Shown: positions 11,534 through 27,142, counted from the first letter of the stretch. The stretch is DNA of 64,000 bases from the human T2T-CHM13v2.0 reference genome, Homo sapiens (GCF_009914755.1 NC_060927.1), one strand, 5' to 3'. Program-made: numbers and translations. Notes: generated from the sequence alone by a model not told the origin.

Positions 11534-12149
11534 ATTAATTAATTAATGCAAAGCAAAATTTTTTTATTTTAAAACTAATCATTGATCTGTATTCACTTGT
11601 GCTATTGCATTTTTATGTATAGGAAATGAACAAGGAAGAAAAGGAAGATAAATATCTAACAGAGTTTAGAGAGCTAAGAGAATTGAGATAAACAGTAGGG
11701 ACAGATAACAGACCCAAAGACTCAAACAGCTTTTCTGCAATTGAGAAGATTTTTTGGCCCACTGTCCCTCCTTGCTTCAGGGAAGAAAGATTACTGGTTG
11801 TGATAACACTGCCTGTGACTTCCTCAGGTTAGCTAATATAGGCAGGCCTCAGGCAAAGAAGTTGAGTAGCAGCCCTTTCTGCACCACACTTCTTTAACCT
11901 GCTGTGTTCCAGACATTTACAACCTTTGGTTTCCTTACTGAGTGCTGTAACCCTTAACACTCTTTCAACAACTGCTTCTTCAGGATGAAATATTCTCCTG
12001 ACTTTGAAAAAAACAACCAGTGGCCTTTCCAAAGTGAAATATTTAGTCATTTATATCTAGCTACTAAACTATCCTCTTGCTTCAGAATGGTACAGCTAAC
12101 CCACATATGTGGGTTACTTTTCCTTCTACCTTTTAATTTATATGAAGTA

Positions 12150-12453
<304 letters not shown>

Positions 12454-13422
12454 TTATATAAAGTAAGCTGTAAGGTCAACTTTTGATTTTTATGTTATCA
12501 CTATGCTTTTCTTCTTTCTCTATCATTTTTTCTTCTCCTACCCAGTCTAAATGCTTTTATACTCGTGGGATGGCCTGTTTCGGTATTAAAGGAAAGGTAG
12601 GAGTATATAACATAAGAAATTTATCCTTTCCCATTCTACCCCAACAAAAATCTTAATAGCCCACTTCCCCCAAGAAAAATAATTTTAGAGAGCTGTAATT
12701 AGAGTTTAAATTGACAGTAGGTGGCTGATGAATACCAAATAATAAAAGATAAAATTCACCCATCTGTCTTACAAAGGCAACTCTGAAATTAGTTTGATTC
12801 ATACCTTTTATATCAAGCTCTTGCTCATCAATTTTGATTTTAACCAGAATTGGAGCTCTTTTAAACCTTTGGAATGCTTTGCTATTACTATAATTGCTAA
12901 ATTAGCAGGCATTAAGACTTGAAGTGGTGACTGTAGTGGATTTTTTCATAGCACAGTGAATATGTTTATTGTATGTTATTGAATGGGGACATTAGCTACC
13001 AGTGGCACCAAACAGCAATTTTGTGGATGCATGACAGCCCTGGTAATGCCAGAAGCAACAACTGAGAAAGTACTTTCTAAAATCCTTCTATGATAAAGGT
13101 ATTTTTAGCCATTTTTCAGGCCTAACTAATCCCAGGTGTGCCAGCTTTACCAAGTAAGGGTGAGTAGTTGTTGGTGGAGAAGGAGTGACACCATATGTTG
13201 AGAGATAAGAATTACAAGACTTAAATTCTCATTGGCCTAATGTACTATGTCTACTTTGTATAAACTAACTTACAAAAGTAAGTAAGGTAATTTTTGTCCT
13301 TATATCTGCCCCTGCAAAGGAAAAAATGCTTTCCAATTTCCACAGGTAAATATGTACTGTACATCGTTCTTTATAGCTGCAATTTTATTCAAATTGCCTG
13401 CCACAGTTTTATGAATGTTGGT

Positions 13423-13784
13423 TGTATTAGTCTGTTCTCATGCTGCTATAAAGAAATACCCAAGACTGGGTAATATAAAGGAAAGAGGTTTAATTGACTC
13501 ACAGTTCTGCATTGCTAGGGAGGCTCCAGGAGACTTACAATCATGGTGGAAGGCAAATGAGAAGCAGGGACCTTCTTTACAAGATGGTAGGACGGAGTGA
13601 GTGCCAACAGGGGAAATGCCACTTATAAAACCATCAGATCATGTGAGACTCACTCACTATCACAAGAACAGCATGGGAGAAACTGCCCCCATGATCCAGT
13701 TACCTCCACCTGGTTCCACCCTTGACACATAGGGATTACAATTCAAGATGAGATTTTCAGTGGGGACACAGCCAAACCATATTA
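13423..13784 (-). mobile_element. MaLR solo LTR (MSTA/THE1D-like)
   Basis: tgtattagtc ... gccaaaccatatta termini; 5-bp TSD ttggt on both sides. Confidence 0.85.
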
Positions 13785-14115
13785 TTGGTAGAAGCCTCCA
13801 AGCAGCTAGGTCACAGATGAAGGACAATTTATTACTTATAGCAATAGCAGCAGCAGAATATCAGCATTTTTATGCCAGTTCCCTGAGTTCCAAGTCCCAC
13901 AGGGTGATGTGAAGAAAGCCAGATGATATCCACATATGCACTGGGTTGAATTACAGGAAAGGAACAGTGAGCTTAGGAAACTCAAATCTTTAGTTGTGGG
14001 CAGTAAAAATGTCTGACTTTTGCTCCCAAAGTAGACACTACCTTTGTCTTCCAAGGTTGTTTCCTACACAAAGGAACAAAGGCAAACAGTGCCACCCCTT
14101 GAAAGACATGCAGAA

Positions 14116-14439
<324 letters not shown>

Positions 14440-14562
14440 TTATCTCCCAACATTACTATGTACTTCGTTTTAATTAAATTTTATGAACTAACATCCCTTT
14501 CCAATATCAAAGTTATTTTAATACAAGTAACCTAAATGACATGACCTGATTTCACGAAGGTT

Positions 14563-15495
14563 GTGTATTAGTGATTTATTGCTATTACTATGGACTGAAT
14601 GTTTGTGTCCTGCCATAATTTATATACTGAAACCGTAATCCCCAGTGTGATGATATTTGAAGATGGAGCCTTTGGGAGACAAGTAGGTTTAGATGATGTC
14701 ATGAAGATGGAGCCCCCATGATGGTATTAGTACCCTTATAACAAGAGGAAGAGACCAGAGTCCTTTTGTTGTACCCATGTGTGGATACAACAAGAAGGCA
14801 GCACTCTGCAAGTCAGAAGTAAAGCCAGGATCCTTGCCAGGTACTGAATTGACCGGCACCTTGATCTAGGACTTCCCAGCTTCCAGAACTGTGAAAAATA
14901 AATATCTGTTGCTTAAGCCACCCAGTCTATGGTATTTTGTTATTGCAACCCAAGGAGACTAATACAGCTGTATAACAATATTACCACATACCTGGTGGTA
15001 ATACATATTTATTATCTCACAGTTTCTGTAGTCAAGGGCATTACTTAAGTGACTTCTTTGATTAGGGTCTTACAAGACTTGAATCAAGCTTTCAGCTGAG
15101 ACTGTGGTCTCATCTGTGGTTCTACTGGGGAAGAATATGCTTCCAATCTTATGTTGTTGACAGAATTCAGTTTCTTGCTATTGTAGGACTAAAGGCTTTG
15201 GTTTCTTGCTGGCTATCAGTTGGAGGCTACCCTCAGCTCCTAGAGGCCTCCTGTAGTTCCTTGCCAAATAGGGTTCCCAACATGGTCACTTACTTCCTCA
15301 AAGCCAGCAAGGGATAGAGAGCCACCCAGAAATATGGGCATTACAGTCTTATGTAAGAGAACCATGTAATTACATCTATCATATCATATTTGGCATATTC
15401 TATTGGCTAAAATACTTGAAAAGAGGGGATCACATGAGAACATGAACACCAGGAGGTCAGGATCCAGGGGCCACCTTAAGAATCTGTCTACCACA
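14563..15495 (-). mobile_element. Older MLT1-type LTR, split by an MLT1A-like insertion
   Basis: tgtgtattag ... atttattatctcacagtttctgtag ... ctaccaca, typical of an antisense MLT1. Confidence 0.7.
14586..14966 (+). mobile_element. MLT1A/MLT1A0-like LTR
   Basis: tactatggactgaatgtttgtgtcc ... gactaataca; TSD gctat/gctgt. Confidence 0.8.
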
Positions 15496-15510
15496 GGTCG
15501 ATTATCTAAA

Positions 15511-15947
15511 GTGAAAAATTGATTATACAAATGGAGTCATTCCTGTTATACCCAACTAAAATTTAGAGTTAGAGGACCATAGGGGTGAAAAAACACTCAG
15601 GTCTCAAAAGCCTGCTCCAGAAACTGTCCCACAAGCCCAATCCAATGAAACAGCTGCTACAATTTTAAGACTAGTTTGACAACAAATGGCTGCCATGACT
15701 TCAAAGCTTGTTTTACCTAGTAACTTTTGCCACCCAGCAATCAGAGCTTGCCAGCTCCTGCAAAATGCCACAAGCACCAATAACCTTTCTCTTTTCCCAA
15801 TGAAACCTCAACCATTTCCTTTTTTTTTTTGAATATATTGGAGACCACTTCAGTTTGTATGTTTGTCCCAGATTGCAATCCTATTTCTTTGTTTATTTCA
15901 AAATAAACTCTTTTTGCTTGGAGATTAGTCTCTATCTGTTATTGACA
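15511..15947 (+). mobile_element. 5' LTR (MER83-like)
   Basis: Homologous to 27143-27632 (gattat..aaatggagtcat, cccaactaaaattta, ctcaggtctcaaaagcctgctccagaaactgtcc). AATAAA present; ends tgttattgaca. Confidence 0.85.
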
Positions 15948-15952
15948 TTACA

Positions 15953-15970
15953 TGGTGTCAGAAGTGAGAT
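15953..15970 (+). other. Primer binding site complementary to tRNA-Leu(CAA)
   Basis: tggtgtcagaagtgagat is 17/18 identical to the reverse complement of the recalled 3' end ATCCCACTTCTGACACCA. Confidence 0.8.
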
Positions 15971-17100
15971 GCAAAGCAGATTCACTTGGGAAGATAATGG
16001 CCCCTGGAACTATGGTGTGCAGTACTCACTGTCAGACCCCTTGAGCCCCCTACTTCCGCTGGTGATCTTTTTTCACCCCAGTGAGTCTTTCTTGGGTTAA
16101 ACACCCCTTTTTTTTTTTTTTTTTTTTTTGGATTTGAGTTCTTCAGCTTTATTTGGGATTTCTTTATGAAGGGCCTTTCCTCTCCTATTTATTAGGCCTC
16201 TATTTGTAAGGGATTTGAAGAAGGCTTTGTCATTCTTCCCGGTGAGTATGTACTTTACTCTTTGGTTCATTTTGTGTGCTTGATTTTTATTTTGGCTTTT
16301 GTGTGTTTGGCTTTGCACTGACTCACTTGGATATGTTTATTTACAAATGAACTCCCCAAATTCAAAGATATACCAAAATAGCCCCCCAACATTGGGGACT
16401 CTAGCTTGTTATATGCTTAATTATTATGGTCCATCTTCCTATTCTTTTTTTATCGCAATGGACCAATTACACTAAAGAAAATTTGGAATTACAATGGCCA
16501 TCTCTTGAACTCCCTAACTTGTTTTCTTAGAACTAAATTAGAAGGCCATGGCTACAAAATTAAATTGCCTGAAAGGAGCATAAACTTTAAGTGGTATCTT
16601 GAAGCATCTAAATGTATTCAAGCCTCAAAAATCACCTAACTCCAAAATACCATCACTAAGTTAACTAAGACAGATAAACAACGAAAGGAAGATTTTAAAA
16701 GGCCTTAGAAACTCAGAGTTTTTCTGCTCCCCTGGTACCACCACCTCTCTCTCCTCTCTACCCTTCCCTTTCTGAAAACCCCACTCAATCCTGATACTTC
16801 CTCCCCTACTACCCTCCCAGCTTCTGATCCCCATCCTCAACCTATAAAAACTCGTCCCTGTAGGGTTAGACCCACTAACAATCCTGAGGTTCCTTAGATT
16901 GTCTATGCCCTTGGAATAAGGCTGAAATCCATGTTAAAGCCAAGGAATTTCCTAAAGTTACCCAGGACCCTCTTTGCTTTGCTGATGAATTTAACATTAC
17001 AATTGAAGCTTACTAGCCCAGCTTCTCTGATCTTAATCAACTTGTCCACATGCTTGTGGGAGAAAGCCAGGCTAATCACTGGATGAAAAAGGTCAGTTGT

Positions 17101-17398
17101 GGCTGGGTATGGTGGCTCACGCCTGTAATCCCCACAATTTGGGAGGCTGAGGTGGGCAGATTACCTGAGGTCAGGAGATCGAGACCAGCCTGGCCAACAG
17201 GGCGAAACTCCGTCTCTACTAAAAATACAAAAATTAGCCAGGCCTGGTGGCACACATCTATAATCTCAGCTACTCAGGAAGCTGAGGGAGAGTCATTTGA
17301 ACCCAGGAGGCGGAGGTTGCAGTGAGCCGAGGTCACTCCATTGCACTCCAGCCTGGGTGATAAAGTGAGACCCTGCCTTAAAAAAAAAAAAAAAAAAA
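17101..17398 (+). mobile_element. Alu inserted in gag
   Basis: TSD aaaaaggtca(g/a)ttg. Confidence 0.9.
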
Positions 17399-17434
17399 GG
17401 AAAGAAAGAAGAAAAAGGTCAATTGCACACACCC

Positions 17435-19766
17435 TGTATTAGTCTGTTTTCATGCTGCTGATAAAGACATACCCAAGAAGGGGCAATTTACAAAAGAAAG
17501 AGGTTTAATTGGCCTTTGGCCTTACAGTTCCACATGGCTGGGGAAGCCTCACAATCATGGTGGAAGGCAAGGAGGAGCAAGACCCATCTTACATGGATGG
17601 CAGCAGGCAAAGAGAATGAGGAAGATGCAAAAGTGGAAACCCCTGATAAAACCATCAGATCTTGTGAGACTTATTCTCTACCACAAGAACAGTATGGGGG
17701 AAACCATCCCCGTGATTCAATTGTCTCCCACTGGGTCCCTCCACAACATGTGGGAATTATGGAAGTATAATTCAAGATGAGATTTGGGTGGGGACACAGA
17801 GCCAAATTATATCATTTTGCCCCTGGCCCTTGTCAAATCTCATATCCTCACATTTCAAAACCAATCATGCCTTCCCAGGAGTCCCCCAAAGTCTTAACTC
17901 ATTTCATCTTTAACTCAAAAGGCCATGGTCCAAAGTCTCATCTGAGACAATGCAAGTCCCTTCTGCCTATGAGCCTGTAAAATCAAAAGCAAGTTAGTTA
18001 TTTCCTAGAAACAATGGGAATACAGACATTGGGTAAATACACCTATTCCAAATAGGAGAAATTGGCCAAAACAAAAGGACTACAGGGCCCATGCAAGTTT
18101 GAAATCCAGTGGGGCAGTCAAATCTTAAAGCTCCAGAATGATCTCCTTTGACTCCATGTCTCATATCCAGGTCATGCTGATGCAAGAGGTAGGTTCCCAT
18201 GGTCTTGGGCAGCTCCACCCCTGTGGCTTTGCAGATTACAACCTCCCTCCCGGCTACTTTCATGGGCTGGTGTTGAGTGTCTGCGGCTTTTCCAGGTGCA
18301 TGGTGCAAGTTGTCGGTAGATCTACAATTCTAGGATCTGGAGGACAGTGGCCCTCCTCTCACAGCTCCACTAAGCAATGCCCTAAGCAGTGCCCCAGTAG
18401 GTGTAGGGGCTCCAACCCCACCTTTCCCTTCTGCATTGCCCTAGCAGAGGTTCTCCATGAGACCCCTGCCCCTGCAGCAAACTTCTGCCTGGGCTTCCAG
18501 GCATTTCCATACATATTCTGAAATCTAGGTAAAGGTTCCCAAACCTCAATTCTTGACTTCTGTGCACCCTCAGGCTCAACACCACATGGAAGCTGCCAAG
18601 ACTTGGGGTTGGCCATCTGAAGCCATGGCCTGAGCTCTATGTTGGCCCTTTCAGCCATGGCTGGAGTGGCTGGGATGCAGGGCACCAAGTCCCTAGGTTG
18701 CACACAGCTTGGGGACCCTGGACCCAGCCCATGAAACCACTTTATCCTCCTAGGCCTCCAAGCCTGTGATGAGAGTGGCTGCCATGAAGACCTCTGACAT
18801 GCCCTGGAGACATTTTCTCCATTGTCTTGGGAATTAACATTTGGCTCCTGGTTACTTAGGCAAATTTCTGTCGTTGGCTTGAATTTCTTTTCAGAAAATG
18901 GTATTTTCTTTCCTATTGCATTGTCAGGCTGCAAATTTTTCAAACTTTTATGCTCTGTTTCTCCTTTAAAACTGAATGCCTTTAACAGCACCCAAGTCAC
19001 ATCTTGAATGCTTTGCTGCTTAGAAGTTTCTTCCACCAGACACCCTAAATCATCTCTCTCAAGTTCAAAGTTCCACAAATCTCTAAGGCAGGGGCAAAAT
19101 GCCACCAGTGTCTTTGCTAAAATATAACAAGAATCACCTTTACTCCAGTTCCCAACAAGTTCCTCACCTCCATCTGAGACCACCTGAATCTGGATCTTAT
19201 TGTCCATATTGCTATCAGCATTTTGGGAAAAGCCATTCAACAAGTATCCAGGAAGTTCCCAGCTTTTCCACATTTTCCTGTCTTCTGAGCCCTCCAAACT
19301 GTTCCAATCTCTGCCTGTTACCCAGTTCCAAAGTTGCTTCCCCATTTTCAGGTATCTTCTCAGCAGTATCTCACCCTGGTACCAATTTACTATATTAGTC
19401 CATTTTCATGCTTCTGATAAAGACATACCCAAGAAGGGACAATTTACAAAAGAAAGAGGTTTAATTGGGCTTACAGTTCCACATGGCTGGGGAAGCCTCA
19501 CAATCATGGTGGAGGGCAAGGAGGAGCAAGTCCCATCTTACATGGATGGCTGCAGGAAAAGAGAGAATGAGGAAGATGCAAAAGCAGAAACCCCTGATAA
19601 AACCATCAGATCTTATGAGACTTATTCACTACCACAAGAACAGTACGGGGGAAACTTCCCCCACGATTTAATTATCTCCCACCAGCTCCCTCCCACAACA
19701 CATGGGAATTATGGGACTACAATTCAAGATGAGATTTGGGTGGGGACACAGAGCCAAACCATATCA
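17435..19766 (-). mobile_element. Full-length THE1 (THE1B/C-like) MaLR: LTR 17435-17814, internal 17815-19390, LTR 19391-19766
   Basis: Two near-identical LTRs of about 380 bp and a THE1 internal region; 5-bp TSD caccc at 17430-17434 and 19767-19771. Confidence 0.93.
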
Positions 19767-22700
19767 CACCCCTAACAGAATTTAGAAAGACCCCTCCTCA
19801 TCTCCCTATAAACTAGCTTATAATATTGGGAGCAGGAACGGTAACTTGCAAAAAGTTTATATAGGGCCATCCCCAAAGCATTCCGTAAAGCCATTGACTA
19901 GAATAAAATTCAAGCATGTACCCAAGAACCAAACGAACCAGTTCATAACTATTATAACAGACTCCAGATTGTATTTAAAGAGAATTCTGGCCTTCCCATG
20001 GACATTGACTCTACTAGAGTTGCCTTTAACTTTATGTTTGTTAATGGTCTCTCCTAACAATTTACTCAGTAAAAAAAGCTTGCAGGGAATGAAAACCCAT
20101 GCCAATCCTTTACCTTGTTAATTTGGCAAATCAATTAGATAGCACCCTAGAGGATACCAATAAAAAGAAGACTACAAAAATCCCAAACCTCCAATTACAA
20201 CAAATGAAAGGTCCCAGAGAAAACAATTAGGGCTCTGAATGGCACCACTCCTCTAATTCATGAAACTCACCTCCTGGCATCCGTCATTATTGTAAACAAC
20301 CTGGCCACAGCAAGAAAAACTGTTATAAATTTAACCAATCTAAATAGTCTTCTTCATTTAGCCCTTTGACTCCTGCCTCCTAATGAAAGGGATCCAAAAA
20401 TATACAGGGGCTTTTTCCAATTCTTCCCCTCAACCTCCTTGGCAATGAGGTCCTACCTGTTCTCATTGACACAGAAGCAACCCTATCAGTACTCAATCCC
20501 ACCAACCTAAGCCAGGCCTTGCCTTGGAGTTATAAAATTATTCAAATAGTAGGAGTTTCTAATAAACCACTGATGGCATTTCAAGCTCAGCCCATTGCTT
20601 TTTGCCTTGGGTTTTTACAAGATACCTATCCTTTTTTACTAGCAGAATCTGCTCCAGCTAACTTATTGGGATGAGATTTAAAAAAAATATATGTCATGTT
20701 GGCATCTCTTTATCCCTAAAGGGGGAAATAATTTTGGAGTCTGATAAGCCCAATAGCCTGTTGAACTCTACCAATAATCTCCCACTCATTTGTTATGTTG
20801 TCCCATGTACTAAAGAACTCTCCACTGAGTCTCAGAGTTCCCTATTGGAACAGAAAACTGTCTCTTTATCAGCCACATCATCAACAGATGTTGGTAGAAT
20901 TCATAATGCACCCTCAATCAAAATCCAAATTGATTCAACCAAGCCTTTGCCTAGTATTAAACAATATTCCTTAACCAAACTGCCTTAGACCCAATATTGA
21001 AGAATACAAAACTCAAGGCCTAATAATTCCCTGTATCAGCCCCTAATACTTCCACCCTCCCAGTAAGAAAACCTAATTGTTGAGGATGGAGAGTTGTTCA
21101 GGATCTCCATGCCATAAATAATATTGTTATACCCTGTCACCTCATGGTCCAAAATATACATACTTCTGTTCCCAAATCCACATACTGCTGACTTCTATAC
21201 CTACTGATAGTGAATTTTCACTGTTATTGACCTCTGTAGTGTCTTCTTCAGCATCCCTGTTGATCAAACTAGTCAATATCTGTTTGCCTTTACGTGGAAA
21301 GGACAACAATATACTTGGACTGTTTTGCCTCAGGGCTATATGGAAGGCCCTTCCTACTTTTCTCAAATTCTGAAAGCTAATTTACAAAATGTGGCTTTTC
21401 TTCAAGGCTCACCCTTACTGAAATATGTAGGTAATTTATTTCTTTGTTCTTTCTCACGCAGGTAGCCTGTGAGATAGACAGTGTGCATCTTCTAAAACTT
21501 CTTGCCACAAAAAAATCATAAGGTTTCTAAGAAAAAATATAACTATAGTTAAGACCCAAGCTAAATATCTAGGTCATCTGACTTCTTGAACATGACTACG
21601 TTTGGGCCCTGAACAGATCCAAGGTGTCCTGCAGTTCCCCAAATCTAAAATGAAATGGCAACTCAGAGAGTTTCTTAGACTTGCTGGATACTGCAGTAAC
21701 TGGATACCAAACTTTTACTTAATTGCTCAACCCCTGTACACCCTACTCAAGACCTCTAAAACCGATCCCATTGTTTGAGAAGAATCTAAAAATATTGCAT
21801 TTACTAAATTAAAGAAAGAATTATTAAACACCGCATACTCTGAGACATCCCAATTATCCACTCCTTATTTTCCTTTTTGTTTATGAAAAAAGGGAAATTC
21901 CTTGGGCGTCTTAACTAAAAAAATCATTGAGAGTAACACTGCCCCCAGTGGATATTACAGCCAATAACTAGATCCAGCGGCTTGGGGATTATGCTCCTGT
22001 TTGGGAACTATTCCAGCTACTGCTCTACTAGTTATAGCTATAGAATAAATAATCATGAGATCTCCTTTGACCACTTTTGTTCCCCATTCTGTTGAAGCTC
22101 TTAAATTCCCATCATACCCAACACCTTTCTACCAGTTGTCTTAGCATTTATGAACTTCGTTTACTAGCTGCTCCTCACATAACTTTCTCTCTGTAACAAT
22201 CTTAATCCTGCATCTCACCCCTTCTTTCTGATGAAACCCCCCATGAGTGTTTGACCCTCACTATCTTTTGATTCCCCAGAAAGATTTGCAATATAGTCCA
22301 TTGGACAATGCTGAACTATCATTGTTTACAAATGGATCATATTTAAAGGATGACACTGGCAAAGAGTGTGCAGGATATGCAATTATTACCTTTTTTTGAA
22401 GTATCTGAGGCTAGCTTCCTACCTGTGGCTACTTCTGTCAAACAGGCTGAGCTTTTGCCCTTACTTGGGCTTGCCTCCTTGCTAAAGGGAAATCTACTAA
22501 TCTGTATTTACAGGCAGTAGGTATGCTTTCGAGGTTGCTCATGATTTGGGGATGTTATGGAAATAATAGGTTTCCTCACTTCCATGGGAGGCCAAATTAC
22601 AAATGGATCCTACACACAAGACTTACTGGATATCATCTAGCTACCAGCTGCTTTGGCTATTATCTAATTTTCTGTACATTCAAATCTACATTTTTATGGA

Positions 22701-22829
22701 GATGAGAGTAAACCGCTTTGCTAATAATGCAGCAAAGAATGCTGCCATTAAAGGTTCATTTGATCAAATCTCTGTTATGGCCCTACTAAAAGAACTTTCA
22801 ACAAATGATTTAAGAATAATTATCAAAGA

Positions 22830-23120
22830 GGCCAGGCACAGTGGCTCATGGCTGTGCACTTTGGGAGGCCGAGGCAGGTGGATTGCTTGAGCCCAGGAGT
22901 TAGAGACCAGCCTGGGCAACATGACAAAACCCCATCTCTACAAAAAAACACACTCAAAAAATTATCTGGGCATGGTGGTGTGCTTCTGTAGTCTCAGCTA
23001 CTCAGAAGGCTGAGGTAGGAGGATCTCCTGAGCTCAGGGATGTAGAAGCTGCAGTGATCCATGATCAAGCCACTGCACTCCAGCCTGGGTGACAGAATGA
23101 GACCCAGAAAAAAAAAAAAA
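22830..23120 (+). mobile_element. Alu (J-like) in pol
   Basis: TSD aagaa(t/c)aatta(t/c)caaaga. Confidence 0.88.
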
Positions 23121-23195
23121 GAACAATTACCAAAGATGCACAGAATTGGGCCTCAGAAGTCAAAAAACAAAACTGAAGTCAAAAAAACAAAACAG

Positions 23196-23790
23196 GGCTG
23201 GGCACAGTGGCTCACAACTGCAATCCCAGCATTTTGGGAGGCTGAAGTGAGTGGATCACCTGAGGTCATGAGTTCAAGACCAGCCTGGCCAATATGGCAA
23301 AACTCTGTCAAAATACAAAAAAATTAGATAGGCTTGGTGGCATGCACCTGTAATCCTGGGCTACTCAGGAAGCTGAGGCACAAGAATCGCTTGAGCCTGG
23401 GGAGCAGAGGATGCAGTGAGCCGAGATCTTGCCACAGCACTCTAGTCTGGGCGACAGAGTGAGACTCCTCTGTCTCAAACAAAACAAAACAAAACAAAAC
23501 AGGCTGGGTGTGGTGGCTCACCCCTGTAGTGCACTTTGAGAGGCCAAGGTGGGAGAATTGCTTGAGGCCAGGGATTCAAGAGCAGCCTCCCAATACAGTG
23601 AGACCCTGTCCCTACAAAAAAATGAGAAAATTAGCCAGGTGTGGTGAGGTGTGCCTGTAGTCCCAGCTACTTAGGAAGCTGAGGCAGGAGTATTGTTTGA
23701 GCTTAGGAGTTTGAGGATGCAGTGAGACATGATCACACTGCACTCTAGCCTGGGTGGCAGAGTGAGACCCTATCTCAAAAACAACAATGA
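23196..23790 (+). mobile_element. Two tandem Alus (23196-23500, 23502-23790) in pol
   Basis: Two head-to-tail dimeric Alus; the first has a (CAAAA)n tail. Confidence 0.88.
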
Positions 23791-24959
23791 AACCGAAAAA
23801 GGACCATGATTTCTGGTTTGATGAGCAAAAGGAACTCTGATCGGGACCTGAGAACAAACCAGTTCTCCCAGATTCAAGGAAATATCCACTATTAACTACA
23901 GTACATAATTTGATTCATTAGGCAACTGACATTAATTTCTTCCAGAAAACAATATTGGTGGGGTGGGGAAATATTTTAAAAGCCACTAAAATGCTTATTT
24001 GACTTTTACCACCTGTCCTAAATTTAACCAAGGAAAATCTGTATAGACTCCTCCTTGACATTTAAATTTACCTAATAGGACATTCAAGGTTTGGCAACTG
24101 AATTTTTTCCAACTACCTCCCTCCCATGAGTATACATATATATTGGTTATGATCTGTATGTTTTCCCATTGGGTGGAAGGCTTTCTTTTAGATAAGCTAC
24201 TGTTTTAGCTATGGCCAAACTTTTCTTTGAAAAAAATTATTCCTCTTTGGGGAACTCCCCTTGAGCTTCATAGTAACCAGGGAACCCACTTTACTGGCCA
24301 CATGGACTTCTTATTATGCTTACCATCTTATAGGACTTATATTGTTCTTACCATCCCCAATCTTCTGACCTGGTAGAATAAACAAATGGAACCATAAAGA
24401 CTCAGTTGGCAAAATGTATGGAAAACTTGCACCTCCCTTAGTTTAAAGTTCTTCTCTTGGTATTATTACTGAGAACCACTGCTTTTAGAGCCCACAAATT
24501 TTCATCTTTTGAAATAATCACTGGTCATCCTATGCATTTAATGCCCACTGCCTTTGACCCTCAATTGTTAAAAGGAGAGATACTATAATACTGTAAGGGA
24601 ATTATTACAGTAGTAGACAAATATTATATTTTGGTAGAAAAATCTTTCCACAGTGTGCTCCTGGAGGACAAAGACCTAAAGCACCAAGACCTAAAGCTAC
24701 AACCTGGTGATTCTGTCTATCTTGAAAAGACACCTATATGAAGACTCTCTCCAACCTCATTGGAAGGTCCCATACCAAGACCTTCTCACCAATCCCTGTA
24801 TCACCAAACTCAAAGGCATTGACTCATTGATCCACATCTCTCATTTTAAAAGGGCTTCTACTTCTGCCTGGACCGGTACCCCAGCAGGCAATTTAAAGTT
24901 TATCTGTTATCTGAAGCAGACAACAATTGAAATAAACTGCTATTCCCAAGACGTCCAGA

Positions 24960-26672
<1,713 letters not shown>

Positions 26673-26811
26673 CTCCTATTTTCCCTCTAGTGTGGGGTCA
26701 GAACAACTAGGACAAAGCACATCCCGGCATTGAGGGAGATCAAGCCTAACTTCAAGGATAGTTGACCAGTGATGCTTTCAGGGAAAGATCTTAGTCAAAA
26801 AAGGGAAATGT

Positions 26812-27117
26812 GGGCGCGGGGGCTCACGTCTGTAATCTCAGCACTTTGGGGAGGCTGAGGCGGGTGCATCATTTGAGGTCAGGAGTTAGAGACCAGCCTG
26901 GCCAACATGGTGAAACCCCGTCTCTACTAAAAATACAAAAATTAGCCTGAAGTGGTTGCACATGCCTGTAATCCCAGCTACTCGGGAGGCTGAGGCACAA
27001 GAATTGCTGGAGGCTGGAAGGCAGAGGTTGCAGTGTGCCGAGATGGCGCCACTGCCCTCCAGAGTGGCCAACAGGGCAAGACTCCGTCTCAAAAAAAAAA
27101 AAAAAAAAAAAAAAAAA
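26812..27117 (+). mobile_element. Alu at the PPT/3' LTR junction
   Basis: Follows the PPT aaaaaagggaaa plus tgt. Confidence 0.9.
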
Positions 27118-27142
27118 GGTGGGGGGGTGGCAGGGAGCAGAA

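Larger units (their letters stand above)
16340..20345 (+). pseudogene. ERV gag remnant interrupted by an Alu and a THE1
   Basis: MA-like WTNYTKENLELQWP, proline-rich segment, CA-like KEFPKVTQDP...LVHMLVGE, zinc knuckle (R)HYCKQPGHSKKNC at 20282-20323. Confidence 0.8.
20380..24900 (+). pseudogene. ERV pro-pol remnant (protease, RT, RNase H, integrase), inactivated
   Basis: LIDTEA at 20462-20479 (DTGA), WRVVQDLHAIN, FTVIDL, QYTWTVLPQG, KYVGN at 21421-21435 (YVDD lost), FTNGS, FSHWVEGF, HSNQGTHFTG, HPQSS; many stops and frameshifts. Confidence 0.88.

Noticed and set aside
11780-12060. Unique-looking stretch with a GCCTCAGGC (TFAP2-like) motif as an enhancer
   Set aside because: A single short motif is expected by chance and there is no other sequence support.
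15953-15970. tRNA-like sequence as a tRNA gene
   Set aside because: Only an 18-nt complement next to an LTR, i.e. a PBS. No tRNA, rRNA or snRNA gene was recognised in the window.
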